Both the position numbers and the translations under genes were made by a program. Below the pieces are notes generated by a model. That model saw only the letters and a list, made by a program, of their open reading frames with translations. It ran no database searches and was not told the DNA's origin. Source: Marispirochaeta sp. (GTDB lineage: Bacteria > Spirochaetota > Spirochaetia > JC444 > Marispirochaetaceae). From it: a stretch of DNA of 64,000 nucleotides. Below are positions 20,019 through 29,863 of this stretch, piece by piece. Numbering within the stretch: the first letter of the stretch is position 1; every line of letters starts with the position of its first letter. The stretch covers positions 192,001-256,000 of the forward strand of contig CAXXFF010000003.1 of the NCBI GenBank assembly GCA_963676835.2, read 5' to 3'.

Positions 20019-21417
20019 CGATATACCCGGACTGAAGGTCACCATTATGGGACTTGGTGTTCACGGCGGAGGCATTGCTTCCGCCCGATTTTTTGCAAGC
20101 CTCGGTGCAGAAGTATGCGTTACCGATCTCCGCTCACCTGATGTACTCTCCGCCTCCATGGATGCCCTCAACGAGTACCCGGTACATTTCCGGCTCGGCG
20201 AACACCGGGAAAGTGATTTTACCGGCGCGGATCTTGTAATCAAGAATCCTGCAGTTCCCCCGTCATCTCCTTATCTGGCAATGTCTCCCCGGGTAAGCAG
20301 CGATATCGGGGTTTTTCTCAGCCTTACCCGTCGCCCGGTGCTGGCCATAACCGGAACCAAAGGGAAATCGACCACAGCAAGTGCGGTGGCCCATGTTCTT
20401 CGCGGAATAAACCCGCTTACCGATCTTGGCGGAAATATCACCGTAAGCCCCCTATCCTTTCTCCTGGATCATATTGAAGGAAGCTCAATCAATGAACCGG
20501 ATGCCCCGGTAGTGCTGGAACTCAGCTCCTGGCAGCTGGCAGACTGTACTCCCAAGGAGATTCTTAATCCGGCTGTTTCTATGATCACCAATATCATGCA
20601 TGATCATCAGAACCGTTATTCCAGTTTTCAGGAATACGTGGATGATAAACGGCAGATATACCTTCATCAGGACAGTTCATCCACAGCTTTGTTTAACTAT
20701 GATGACCCCTACGGAGAGGAATTCAGCAGAGACTGTACTGCTAAGGTCAGTTTTTTCTCTTCGCATGTGCTTCCCGACAACATAGATGGGGCTTACCTGG
20801 ACAAATCCCGTGGATCCGCCGGATTCTTGCGAAAAAACGGTATAATTCAACAGATTCTCAATATAGACCTGAAGCTTCCGGGTGAGCATAATCGCTTGAA
20901 TATGCTGGCCGCAGCCTCCATGCTCCATGCATACGGTGTCCCTGCGAAAACAATACGGTCCGGGCTTTCCGATTTCGCCGGTATTCCCCATCGGCTTGAA
21001 ACGGTGGCTGTTATCAACGGCATAACCTGTATAAATGACAGCGCGGCAACCATGCCCCAGGCCGCTGCAGCTGCGGTAAACAGCTTTCCCGGGGGTGTAC
21101 ACCTTATTGCCGGGGGGACCGACAAAGATCTTGATTTTACCGGAGTATCTGAAGCTTTGGGAAAGACTAAAGGAATCTATCTCCTTGAAGGAGATGCCAC
21201 TCCCCGATTCCGGCAGGCAGCCAATGATGCAGGTGTCAGCTATAAAGGCCCCTATGGATCTTTGAAGGAGGCAGTGGATGCGGGACTTAAGGACGCTGAA
21301 GAAGGTGATACTTTGCTACTTTCTCCGGGATGTGCTTCGTTTGGTATGTTTAAAAATGAGTTTGACCGGGGAGATCAGTTCCGAGAACTGATTCGTCAGC
21401 GCCTGAGTCGTTTATAG
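19996..21417 (+). CDS. murD: UDP-N-acetylmuramoyl-L-alanine--D-glutamate ligase
   Basis: ITGTKGKSTT, LELSSWQL, PHRLE, NDSAAT, LLSPGCASFGMF. Confidence 0.95.
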   Translation: MFLRLKLDDIPGLKVTIMGLGVHGGGIASARFFASLGAEVCVTDLRSPDVLSASMDALNEYPVHFRLGEHRESDFTGADLVIKNPAVPPSSPYLAMSPRVSSDIGVFLSLTRRPVLAITGTKGKSTTASAVAHVLRGINPLTDLGGNITVSPLSFLLDHIEGSSINEPDAPVVLELSSWQLADCTPKEILNPAVSMITNIMHDHQNRYSSFQEYVDDKRQIYLHQDSSSTALFNYDDPYGEEFSRDCTAKVSFFSSHVLPDNIDGAYLDKSRGSAGFLRKNGIIQQILNIDLKLPGEHNRLNMLAAASMLHAYGVPAKTIRSGLSDFAGIPHRLETVAVINGITCINDSAATMPQAAAAAVNSFPGGVHLIAGGTDKDLDFTGVSEALGKTKGIYLLEGDATPRFRQAANDAGVSYKGPYGSLKEAVDAGLKDAEEGDTLLLSPGCASFGMFKNEFDRGDQFRELIRQRLSRL

Positions 21418-22397
21418 TAGAAATTGCGGGCTTTTTCGGCTGTACGGTACAGGGTGTAGGCTGCTTTGTTTACCGGATAGTCCCAGCAGCCTGCCCTGTT
21501 GACAATCTGGCCTCCGAAACCGGTTTTAAAGCGGAAAAGACCATACATAGGCTCCCCTTCATCGGCCACCGGCGGTATCCCGAACATATCGTAGCTTTCA
21601 CAACCGTGTTCCCTGGCAATACGCATACCTTCCCACTGTAAAAGATAGGTGGGCATATAGTTCCGCTTTTCCGAGCTTGAAGCACCATACAGATAGGTAC
21701 TGCAGCTGCCATGAAGAACCAGAATATTTCCCGCCATAATCTCGTTGTCAATATCCGCAAGCAATAGGCGCACTGAAGGATTCTTCTGCTTCAGTCCCTC
21801 CTGAAAAACACGGCGGTAATACTCAAAGGAATGTATGGTTATTCCGTCACGTTCTGCTGTTTCCTCATAAATGGCATACCATTTTTCCAGCTCCGGCAGC
21901 CCCCCGGTACGGATACTTACACCTTTCCGTTCCGCGAGACGGATGTTATAGCGGGTTTTCCGCTTCATCCGGCTGAGGATTTCCTCTTCCGATTCTGCGA
22001 GAGAGATTAAAACAGTGTCCGGAGGCTGTATATCCACCAGGGATTTTCTGAACGGACGTTTCAGCCAGGTCTTGCGGTCTTCCCATGAATCAACCTGCCA
22101 GGGCAGGTCGAAGCGGATAAAGGTAACCGTATCAGGCAGATGCTCTGCAAGCTTGCCGGCAAAACCGGCAAAGAAGTGCGGGTCAACTTCCATCTGAGGC
22201 CCATGAGGCACATAGGCGATGGTGAATCCCCCTGGGAGCTTCCTGAGAAGGACCAGCATTGGATGTCCGTTAAACAGAAAGCTGACAGGCTCCCAGTCGA
22301 ACTTCTGTTTTACCCGTCCCCAATAGCCTGTCTGCAGCAGGTTGTCATGACCGTCTATGTCATCGAGAGAAACGGGCTCAAAAATCGCCCCGGACAT
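21396..22397 (-). CDS. FemAB/FemX-family peptidoglycan aminoacyltransferase
   Basis: LQTGYWGRVK, KTRYNIRLAERKGV, YLYGASS, YLLQWE, GLFRFKTGFGG. Confidence 0.9.
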   Translation of the reverse strand: MSGAIFEPVSLDDIDGHDNLLQTGYWGRVKQKFDWEPVSFLFNGHPMLVLLRKLPGGFTIAYVPHGPQMEVDPHFFAGFAGKLAEHLPDTVTFIRFDLPWQVDSWEDRKTWLKRPFRKSLVDIQPPDTVLISLAESEEEILSRMKRKTRYNIRLAERKGVSIRTGGLPELEKWYAIYEETAERDGITIHSFEYYRRVFQEGLKQKNPSVRLLLADIDNEIMAGNILVLHGSCSTYLYGASSSEKRNYMPTYLLQWEGMRIAREHGCESYDMFGIPPVADEGEPMYGLFRFKTGFGGQIVNRAGCWDYPVNKAAYTLYRTAEKARNFYYKRLRR

Positions 22398-22398
22398 A

Positions 22399-24591
22399 TC
22401 AGCCTACACTTCCCGTGCTGACTTTTGCGGTGGTAACTGCACCGGACTCTGCTGCAAGTGTTGTCCCGCCGATCTTGACTGCGCTGTTTTCCACCTTTAT
22501 GGGATGGCTGAAAAACTTATCGATGTTAATCCGCTTGGGCTCTTCGACGGGAGCCTTTTCGCCGTCAAGGAAAAGCCTGCTTCCAGAAGCAGCCTCAGGA
22601 AGAAAGAGCACTTCAAGCTCTTTATCATCTTCCGTGGAAGCCGCAAGCAGCATTCCCTGGCTCTTTATTCCCCGAAGCTTTGCGGGCTTCAGGTTATATA
22701 CAAGGATAATATTCTGTCCTGTAAGCTCTTCCGGGGTGTAGTGACCAACCAGACCGGATACGATCTGACGATCCTCATCTCCGACTTTAAGCTGAATAAC
22801 ATAGAGTTTATCCGCGTCGGGATGCTGTGCCACTTCCTGCACCGTTGCCACTCTGAGATCAACGTTTGCACGGAAGAATGATTCTGAAGTCTCTTCAGCC
22901 CCCTGCTCTGCCTCTTCTGCTGCGACATTCTTTGCCGCCTCCCGTTCCGCCTGGGATCCTGCAAAGCGGTCCCGCATGGTCTCGATCAGCTCATCTTCTA
23001 GCTTCTGAAACAGAATTTCGGGTTTCGCCACGGTTTCTACACCTTCGGGACTACCCAGAGAATTCCATTCGATTGAATCTATGCCGAGCCATCGGGCAAT
23101 TTTTTCAGAAGTTCCGGGAATATAGGGAGAAACAAGCACTGCAAGATCCCGGATAAGCAGTGTAAGATCCTTAAGCAGCCGTGCAGCCTCTTCCGGGGCC
23201 TCCGTGCGGGTACGCCAGGGTTCTCCGTCCTGAAACGCCTTGTTTCCCATTGAAGAGAGAGCAAATATCTCGCGGAAGGCATCCCGGAGTTCCGCCCGTT
23301 CCAGATGAGCGGTAATCTTCTCTTCATGAACCTTCACCTGCTCCCAGAAGTCTGTATTGCTTTCTGCTTCAGGCAGCTTGCCGTCGTAAAAACGGTTTAC
23401 GAATGTGAGGGTTCGGTTGACCAGGTTACCCAGATTACCTATAAGCTCACCGTTGACCTTCTCCTGAAAATCCTTCCAGGTAAATACCGCATCAGATTTC
23501 TCCGGGCGGTTGTAATAGACATAAAAACGCCAGACATCTGCGGGGATTCCCGTCTCTCTGGCATCTGTACCGAATACGCCGATCCCCTTGCTCTTGGAGA
23601 ACTTGCCGCTTTCATAGTTCAGGTATTCCGTGGAGGACATATGATGAAGCATAGTCCACTTCTCTCCGGAACCAAGCAGAGATGAAGGAAAAATAACCGT
23701 ATGAAAAGGAATATTGTCTTTTCCGATAAACTGAAAGAGTTCAACTTCATCGGGGTTCTTCCACCACTTTTCCCAGTCATCCGTATGGGTGGCACTGATG
23801 GAAATATAACCGATTGGAGCATCAAACCAGACATAGAAAACCTTGTCCCGGTAGCCGTCCTTCGGTACAGGGATTCCCCACTTAAGATCCCGAGTTATGG
23901 CTCTCTCTTTCAGACCGTCCCGGATCCAGGAGTTGGTCATCTGAACAGCGTTTCTGGCCCAGAAACCGTCTACCGAGGCTGTTTTAATCCACTCTTCAAG
24001 CCGGGGTTTTATGGCCGGAAGATCGATATAAAGGTGATGGGTAGTGCGTACCTCCGGTTCTGCACCGCAGGTGCCGCAGCGGGGCTTTTCCAGATCTGTG
24101 GGATCCAGCAGTTTTCCGCAGTTTTCACACTGGTCACCCCGGGCATCCTCATAACCGCAGTGAGGACATACACCCCGCACAAAGCGGTCCGCCAGGAAGC
24201 GGTCGCAGCTGATACAGAAGAGCTGGTCAATGCTGCCTTCTTTAATATAACCCTGTTCATCACAGCCTTTAAATATGGACTGTACAATCTCGGTCTGTTC
24301 GGGAGTTGAGGTACGGCCGAACTTATCGAAAGAAATATTGAACCATTTGTAAATTTCATCGTGGATTACAAAGTAGCGGTCACAAAGCTCTTTAGGGCTG
24401 ACCCCTTCCTCAAGTGCCCTGGTCTCGGTGGCCGTACCGTACTCGTCGGTTCCGCAGACATAGAGGGTTTCATAGCCTTTCAGCCTGCAGTAGCGGGCAA
24501 AAACATCCGCAGAGAGTACCTGTATAAGATTGCCAAGATGGGGAATATTATTAACATAAGGTAGAGCCGAGGTGATTAGTCGCTTCTTCAT
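22399..24591 (-). CDS. metG: Methionine--tRNA ligase with C-terminal tRNA-binding domain
   Basis: ALPYVNNIPHLGN, Zn knuckles, YVWFDA, KFSKS, C-terminal Trbp111-like domain. Confidence 0.97.
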   Translation of the reverse strand: MKKRLITSALPYVNNIPHLGNLIQVLSADVFARYCRLKGYETLYVCGTDEYGTATETRALEEGVSPKELCDRYFVIHDEIYKWFNISFDKFGRTSTPEQTEIVQSIFKGCDEQGYIKEGSIDQLFCISCDRFLADRFVRGVCPHCGYEDARGDQCENCGKLLDPTDLEKPRCGTCGAEPEVRTTHHLYIDLPAIKPRLEEWIKTASVDGFWARNAVQMTNSWIRDGLKERAITRDLKWGIPVPKDGYRDKVFYVWFDAPIGYISISATHTDDWEKWWKNPDEVELFQFIGKDNIPFHTVIFPSSLLGSGEKWTMLHHMSSTEYLNYESGKFSKSKGIGVFGTDARETGIPADVWRFYVYYNRPEKSDAVFTWKDFQEKVNGELIGNLGNLVNRTLTFVNRFYDGKLPEAESNTDFWEQVKVHEEKITAHLERAELRDAFREIFALSSMGNKAFQDGEPWRTRTEAPEEAARLLKDLTLLIRDLAVLVSPYIPGTSEKIARWLGIDSIEWNSLGSPEGVETVAKPEILFQKLEDELIETMRDRFAGSQAEREAAKNVAAEEAEQGAEETSESFFRANVDLRVATVQEVAQHPDADKLYVIQLKVGDEDRQIVSGLVGHYTPEELTGQNIILVYNLKPAKLRGIKSQGMLLAASTEDDKELEVLFLPEAASGSRLFLDGEKAPVEEPKRINIDKFFSHPIKVENSAVKIGGTTLAAESGAVTTAKVSTGSVG

Positions 24592-24775
24592 AGACCACCA
24601 CTATATGTAATTATCCCCCAATTGACAAGAGAATCATGTACCCGTGTTGTACGAGTTTACTTGACGCCATGGGGGTCCGGGAAGTACCCTTACCTGTGTG
24701 CTTTTCGCCCGATACGGCGAAAAACCTATATCTAAAACCTAGATACAGTGCATGTAAAACCATTCAGGAGGTTAT

Positions 24776-25756
24776 ATGTCGGACCGTAATAATACACCGA
24801 AGGGAATACCCTTTCCGGTACGGCCGAAAATGATACTGCTGGCGATCGTTGTAATAGTGATCATCGGCACCGTCATGTCGAGCTTTTATGTAGTAGACCA
24901 GACCGAGCAGGCGGTAATACTGCTTCTGGGAAACTTCAAAACCATTCAGGGACCGGGGCTGCAGTTTAAACTGCCCTTCGGGATAGAAAAGAATTTCAAC
25001 GTACCTACCCAGGTTGTACAGACCGAACAGTTCGGGTTCCGTACAGAAAGAGCGGGAATCAACACTGTTTACTCCCGGGCGGATTTCCCCGAAGAATCGG
25101 TCATGCTGACCGGTGACCTTAACATTGTCGATGTTGAGTGGACCATTCAGTACCGCATCATCGATCCCCGGGCATGGCTCTTCAATGTTGAAAACCGGGT
25201 AAAGACCATCCGGGACGTTTCCCAGTCGGTGGTGAGCCAGTTAGTGGGAGACCGTACCATCTTTGATGTAATCGGACCGGAGCGTACCACCATCGAAGTT
25301 CAGGCCCAGGAGAACATGAATACAATTCTTAAAAACTACGGTCTGGGAATCAATGTAACCACCGTAAAACTGAGGAATATTGTTCCCCCGGAAGGTGCGG
25401 TGCAGGATGCCTTTGAAGATGTGAACAAAGCCATTCAGGATATGGAGCGCCTTATCAACGAAGGAAAAGAGCAGTACAACAAGGAAATCCCCAAGGCGGA
25501 AGGACAGGCTCAGCAGCTTATTCAGGAAGCCCAGGGGTATGCAACAGAAAAGGTTAACCGTTCCAAGGGAGACGTTGCCCGCTTTAACGCGGTTCTTCAG
25601 GAATACCGGCGTAATCCGGAAATTACCCGAAACCGTCTCTATATAGAGATGATGGAAGATGTTTTCGGTGCTGAAAACGTTCCGGTGGATCTTATCGACC
25701 GCAATCTGGAGAACTTTCTTCCCTTGAAGAATCTTCAGGGACAGGGGGGTATGTAA
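24776..25756 (+). CDS. hflK: FtsH modulator HflK
   Basis: SPFH domain, MLTGDLNIVDVEW, VQDAFEDV, IPKAEGQA. Confidence 0.93.
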   Translation: MSDRNNTPKGIPFPVRPKMILLAIVVIVIIGTVMSSFYVVDQTEQAVILLLGNFKTIQGPGLQFKLPFGIEKNFNVPTQVVQTEQFGFRTERAGINTVYSRADFPEESVMLTGDLNIVDVEWTIQYRIIDPRAWLFNVENRVKTIRDVSQSVVSQLVGDRTIFDVIGPERTTIEVQAQENMNTILKNYGLGINVTTVKLRNIVPPEGAVQDAFEDVNKAIQDMERLINEGKEQYNKEIPKAEGQAQQLIQEAQGYATEKVNRSKGDVARFNAVLQEYRRNPEITRNRLYIEMMEDVFGAENVPVDLIDRNLENFLPLKNLQGQGGM

Positions 25757-26752
25757 ATGAGAAAGATGGTAACCGTACTCGTCGTACTCATTGTACTCCT
25801 GGTTATATTCGTAGCCCTGGGCCCCTTCTACATTCTGCAGGAAGGCGAACAGGCTGTTATTACCCGCTTCGGAGCTATAGTTGCCTCGTCTCAGGACGCA
25901 GGACTGAAGTTTAAAATGCCCATGGTGGATACTGTAACCCGCTACCCCAAGAGGATTCTCTCATGGGACGGCGATGCCCAGCGACTTCCCACCGCGGAAA
26001 ACCAGTTTATCTGGGTGGATACAACAGCCCGCTGGAAGATTGTTGATCCCCTTAAGTTTTACGAATCGGTAACCACAATCGATCAGGCCTTTGCCCGTCT
26101 CGACGAAGTTATCGACTCCTCGGTCCGCACAGTTGTTGCGGAGAACCCCCTGTATGAAGCAGTGCGGAACAGCAATGTTATCAACGAGATAGACAGGACC
26201 AGCACTATTCAGGCCGGAGCCGGGGCCGGGGAATCCATGGACGATGCCGCCCTTCAGGCGACTGCCATTGTGGATGAAGAAAAAACCTATCCGGAAGTCA
26301 AGAAAGGACGTAACAAACTGTCTGAAGAGATGTTTGCCGCGGCCAAATCGATAACTCCCCAGTACGGTATTGAGCTTATCGATATTGTAATCCGACAGAT
26401 ACGCTATTCCGACGACCTTACCGAAAGTGTCTACAACCGTATGATTGCAGAACGTAATCAGAAGGCCCAGGAATTCCGGTCCCGCGGTGAAGGTCAAAAG
26501 GCATTCTGGCTTGGAAAGCTCAATAACGAGCGGCGTTCCATTCTTTCCGGGGCGTATACCGAAGCAGAAACCACAAAAGGTAATGCCGACCAGGAAGCAG
26601 CATCTATCTACTCTGAGGCCTACGGCGCCAATGAAGAGTTTGCGATTTTCTGGCGCTCCATGGAGAGTTACCGTAATACCATGCAGAAGTTCAACAAGAC
26701 CCTTACAACGGATCTGGACTACTTCCGCTACCTCTACGACCCCGAGGGTTAA
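25757..26752 (+). CDS. hflC: FtsH modulator HflC
   Basis: SPFH domain, VYNRMIAER, FRSRGEG; adjacent to hflK. Confidence 0.93.
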   Translation: MRKMVTVLVVLIVLLVIFVALGPFYILQEGEQAVITRFGAIVASSQDAGLKFKMPMVDTVTRYPKRILSWDGDAQRLPTAENQFIWVDTTARWKIVDPLKFYESVTTIDQAFARLDEVIDSSVRTVVAENPLYEAVRNSNVINEIDRTSTIQAGAGAGESMDDAALQATAIVDEEKTYPEVKKGRNKLSEEMFAAAKSITPQYGIELIDIVIRQIRYSDDLTESVYNRMIAERNQKAQEFRSRGEGQKAFWLGKLNNERRSILSGAYTEAETTKGNADQEAASIYSEAYGANEEFAIFWRSMESYRNTMQKFNKTLTTDLDYFRYLYDPEG

Positions 26753-26788
26753 CTACTCTTTTTTAGTAGTAGTTTTTAGAGAGCATTT

Positions 26789-26823
26789 GAAGGCTTCCGG
26801 TCCGCCGGAAGCCTTCTTTGTTT
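26789..26823 (+). terminator. Intrinsic terminator after hflC
   Basis: GAAGGCTTCCGG-tccg-CCGGAAGCCTTC followed by TTTGTTT. Confidence 0.85.
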
Positions 26824-26858
26824 ACATAAATGTTACATCTGTGTTAATTTTTCACATC

Positions 26859-27680
26859 GTGAATAATGTTTTGTATGAAAAATTACTGACCCTGCACCAG
26901 CTGTCGGATCTTTTTAACAACCTTCCTTTTGATTTCTGGATTGTAGATTCGAGCAGATGTTATATATACCAGAATAAATTCAGCCTGGAGAACTGGGGCG
27001 ATGTTCTGGGTAAATCCATTGATGAGTTGAATGTAGAAGAAAGTATCAAGAAAATATGGCACCAGCAGCTTAACCGGGTTTTTGCCGGGGAGATTATCAA
27101 TAACGAGTATCTTGATGACCATTCCCGGCGCTGGTTTAAAACCATTATTTCCCCGGTGGGTAAGGATAATCAGATATCTGCAGTAGCCGGGGTTACCATC
27201 GATATAACTGAAACCAAGCAGAACCAGACAGATCTGGAGGAAAAAACAAAGGATCTTGAATCAATGAACCGCGTACTCCAGGTAATGGTAAGGGAATCCG
27301 AGGAGAATGCAATGAGGCAGGAGCAGAAGATTATCGGTCGAATCCGCAAGCAAACAATGCCCCTGCTCTCACTGCTCAAAAGCAGACATGCAGAAGAGGA
27401 AGAGTCCTCAGCCCTGATAGATGCGGTAATTACAAGTCTTCCAGTGAGCGAAATTAACAATCTGGAATCCCTCAAGAATTATCTCAGCCCCACTGAAGTA
27501 CAGATCGTAAGCCTCATTGAGCAGGAAAAAACATCAAAGGAAATTGCCGCCATGCTCAATATCGCTAAAAGTACGGTAGATACCCACAGGGATAATATCC
27601 GCAAAAAACTGAGCCTTAAACAGAAAGGCCTTTCACTGAAATCATTCATCCGCAGTGAACTGCAGAAAATAACTACATAA
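26859..27680 (+). CDS. PAS domain + LuxR-type HTH regulator (start approximate)
   Basis: PAS-like N-terminus (GVTIDITETK), LSPTEVQIVSLI...TSKEIAAMLNIAKSTVDTHRDNIRKKL. Confidence 0.85.
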   Translation: MNNVLYEKLLTLHQLSDLFNNLPFDFWIVDSSRCYIYQNKFSLENWGDVLGKSIDELNVEESIKKIWHQQLNRVFAGEIINNEYLDDHSRRWFKTIISPVGKDNQISAVAGVTIDITETKQNQTDLEEKTKDLESMNRVLQVMVRESEENAMRQEQKIIGRIRKQTMPLLSLLKSRHAEEEESSALIDAVITSLPVSEINNLESLKNYLSPTEVQIVSLIEQEKTSKEIAAMLNIAKSTVDTHRDNIRKKLSLKQKGLSLKSFIRSELQKITT

Positions 27681-27782
27681 CATCCATATTTTTTCCCTAT
27701 TATTGGGATATTTGTTTACCCCATGGACCATGTATCCCCATGGTAGGATTCCTGCAAAGATATTTTGCAAAAGGATTCTACC

Positions 27783-29003
27783 ATGAAAGTAACTCGTTTA
27801 TTTCCCATGCTGTTCACAGCTCTGTTGCTGGCAAGCCTGCTGTTCTTCCCCTCCTGCGAAGGTTCCGGATCCGGCAGCGGCACTCCCGGAGTATCCGACT
27901 GGAGCACCATTACTGTGGACAACTCTGCAGTGCTGGAAGCATCGCCCCTGCCGGAAGATATTACTCTTACTGTAAGCTATGATATTGAAGATGCAATGTG
28001 GGATGATTCCCACGACTATATTGCCGCTGTTTATTTCAATACCGGAAGCGGCAGCATATTTGAAATAAAAACTCAAACCTTAAGCGGACAGTCCGGCACA
28101 ATTTCCATCAGTTTTTCCATTGATGATACTTTCTTCGATGTTGTTACAGCCAACCCGTATGAAATGTTTGTAGAGCTTCAGGATCTTTCTACAAGCATAA
28201 AAACGGTTCTTGATTCCACAGACTACACCACTTTTTCTGCCGGTGCCCTTACTGCAAAATATGCAGGGTATATTCGTAACTACACTTCCGGTTATTCCGA
28301 AATCGAAATCAGCCTTCATCAGTACGGAAGTGCATTAACCGGAAGTTTGAAAGGAGAAGATACTTCCGGCGATCCGGTAACAGTCGATCTTTCAGGGACC
28401 GTGACAGGGGACGACATTAACCTTACCCTTTCCGGACCTTCCCTCGGGGGAAGTACAGGTTCAGTCACTTGTGTCGGTGTTGTGGATATCTATGGAGATG
28501 GACTTCATTTGGATTGTCAGGATTTCCAGAATCAGAGTGATTCATCCATAGGTGGCATGTTTCATGCAGATCGCATTGGTTTTGCCACTGTCACAGGAAC
28601 GGTAAATATCCCGGCAGATAATGCTGCAGCAATCCATACCGCTCTGGATGGAAAAGATTGGGCAGTAACCCTTATGTTCGACTTCGATGCAGAAAAACAC
28701 GGCGGTATCGGCTGGGCGGAAGCTGTTTGGGACAGCAGCAGTGAATCAATGAGCTACACTCTTTCAAAGATTCCCGATGGAGAATACTCGGTAGTTTTCC
28801 TTTCTGACTGTGGAGCCGACGGAAATGATGAGCCTACAGAAGGAGACTGCTTCGGCGTTGCAGGCTTGAGTGATGATGAAACAGAAACAATGTTTTTAAG
28901 CTGGGTTGGTGGTTCTACGCCTACAGCACCGACCATCACGGTAAGCGCCGGGAGTACCATTACTGCTGACGATATAGAACTATGGCTCATTGATTTACCC
29001 TGA
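27783..29003 (+). CDS. Acidic Ser/Thr/Asp-rich lipoprotein, probably multi-domain beta-sandwich
   Basis: Signal peptide with lipobox-like FFPSC and Gly/Ser linker; beta-rich composition. Confidence 0.7.
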   Translation: MKVTRLFPMLFTALLLASLLFFPSCEGSGSGSGTPGVSDWSTITVDNSAVLEASPLPEDITLTVSYDIEDAMWDDSHDYIAAVYFNTGSGSIFEIKTQTLSGQSGTISISFSIDDTFFDVVTANPYEMFVELQDLSTSIKTVLDSTDYTTFSAGALTAKYAGYIRNYTSGYSEIEISLHQYGSALTGSLKGEDTSGDPVTVDLSGTVTGDDINLTLSGPSLGGSTGSVTCVGVVDIYGDGLHLDCQDFQNQSDSSIGGMFHADRIGFATVTGTVNIPADNAAAIHTALDGKDWAVTLMFDFDAEKHGGIGWAEAVWDSSSESMSYTLSKIPDGEYSVVFLSDCGADGNDEPTEGDCFGVAGLSDDETETMFLSWVGGSTPTAPTITVSAGSTITADDIELWLIDLP

Positions 29004-29029
29004 CATTCAAAATCTTAAGGAGCAATAGT

Positions 29030-29290
29030 ATGGATACAAAAGCTGAAATAATGAGAGCCTACTCCAAGTTTGAGCAGGAAAACTACCAGGAAGCCATTAA
29101 CGCGAGCATTCTGCTTATACCGGAGCTTAACCGGGAGCTGCAGGGTCTTATGTATTTTCTGGTTACCAACTGCCATATGCAGATGGGGAATCACGAGGAA
29201 GCATATACTGCCTGCAAGCAGGCAGCTGAACGGGGAAACAGCGATGCAGAAGCTCATCTCCCGATGATTGAACAGCTTCTGGCAATGTAG
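29030..29290 (+). CDS. Small TPR/Sel1-like helical protein
   Basis: AAGGAG RBS; GNHEEAYTACKQAAERGNSDA pattern. Confidence 0.65.
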   Translation: MDTKAEIMRAYSKFEQENYQEAINASILLIPELNRELQGLMYFLVTNCHMQMGNHEEAYTACKQAAERGNSDAEAHLPMIEQLLAM

Positions 29291-29301
29291 GCAGACCGAC
29301 A

Positions 29302-29496
29302 ATGCTGCCGACAGAAATAACCGATCAGATTCGTGATCTCAGCACAAGTGAAATTGTAGAACACTGCACAAAAATTGCCGCCAACATCAATGCTATTACC
29401 ATGTCCGATACAGAAGAGGCGGCAAACATGGCCCAACTTCTACGGCTTATGCTGGAAGAGCTGCAGGACAGGGGTGTGGATCTCTCTTCGGTTTAA
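29302..29496 (+). CDS. Small hypothetical helical protein
   Basis: 64 aa, 11 nt downstream of the previous gene, same strand. Confidence 0.55.
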   Translation: MLPTEITDQIRDLSTSEIVEHCTKIAANINAITMSDTEEAANMAQLLRLMLEELQDRGVDLSSV

Positions 29497-29564
29497 ATAA
29501 TCTCCCCGGTGTTTTTAAGATTATTATTGTCAGAAAAGACCGGGGTTGATTTCTCATAATATAA

Positions 29565-29737
29565 AAAACGGCTGATCACAGATTGGCCGTTTTTTATTGA
29601 AAAAAGCTGATTCATGATGCACATTTCGACATCAGACTGCCATCACTTTACGCCTGCATAATGGAGGAAATATGAAAACAATAACCCTGAGAAATATTGA
29701 CGAAAATCTGGATAAGACCCTGAAAAAACTATCCCGG
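29565..29737 (+). repeat. 173-bp direct repeat, copy 1 (TA promoter and 5' end of antitoxin)
   Basis: Matches 31299-31471 at offset 1734 with two mismatches seen (29701/31435 and 29732/31466). Confidence 0.95.
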
Positions 29738-29779
29738 TATTCAGGTCTTCAGTTTCATTCTGCCGGAGTTCCCGGATAA
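29672..29779 (+). pseudogene. Truncated antitoxin copy (35 aa)
   Basis: MKTITLRNIDENLDKTLKKL identical to the antitoxin at 31406, then SRYSGLQFHSAGVPG-stop. Confidence 0.8.
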
Positions 29780-29863
29780 AAATTGAATTATTGATTTTTT
29801 TTAAAAATGCGGAATATTCTTATATATAGGGCATATTAAAAATTAATTATAAGAGGTTCATTA

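Noticed and set aside
26445..26858. N-terminal extension of the 411-aa PAS-LuxR ORF, suggesting a frameshift fusion with hflC
   Set aside because: It runs out of frame over hflC and through a strong terminator; hflC is complete
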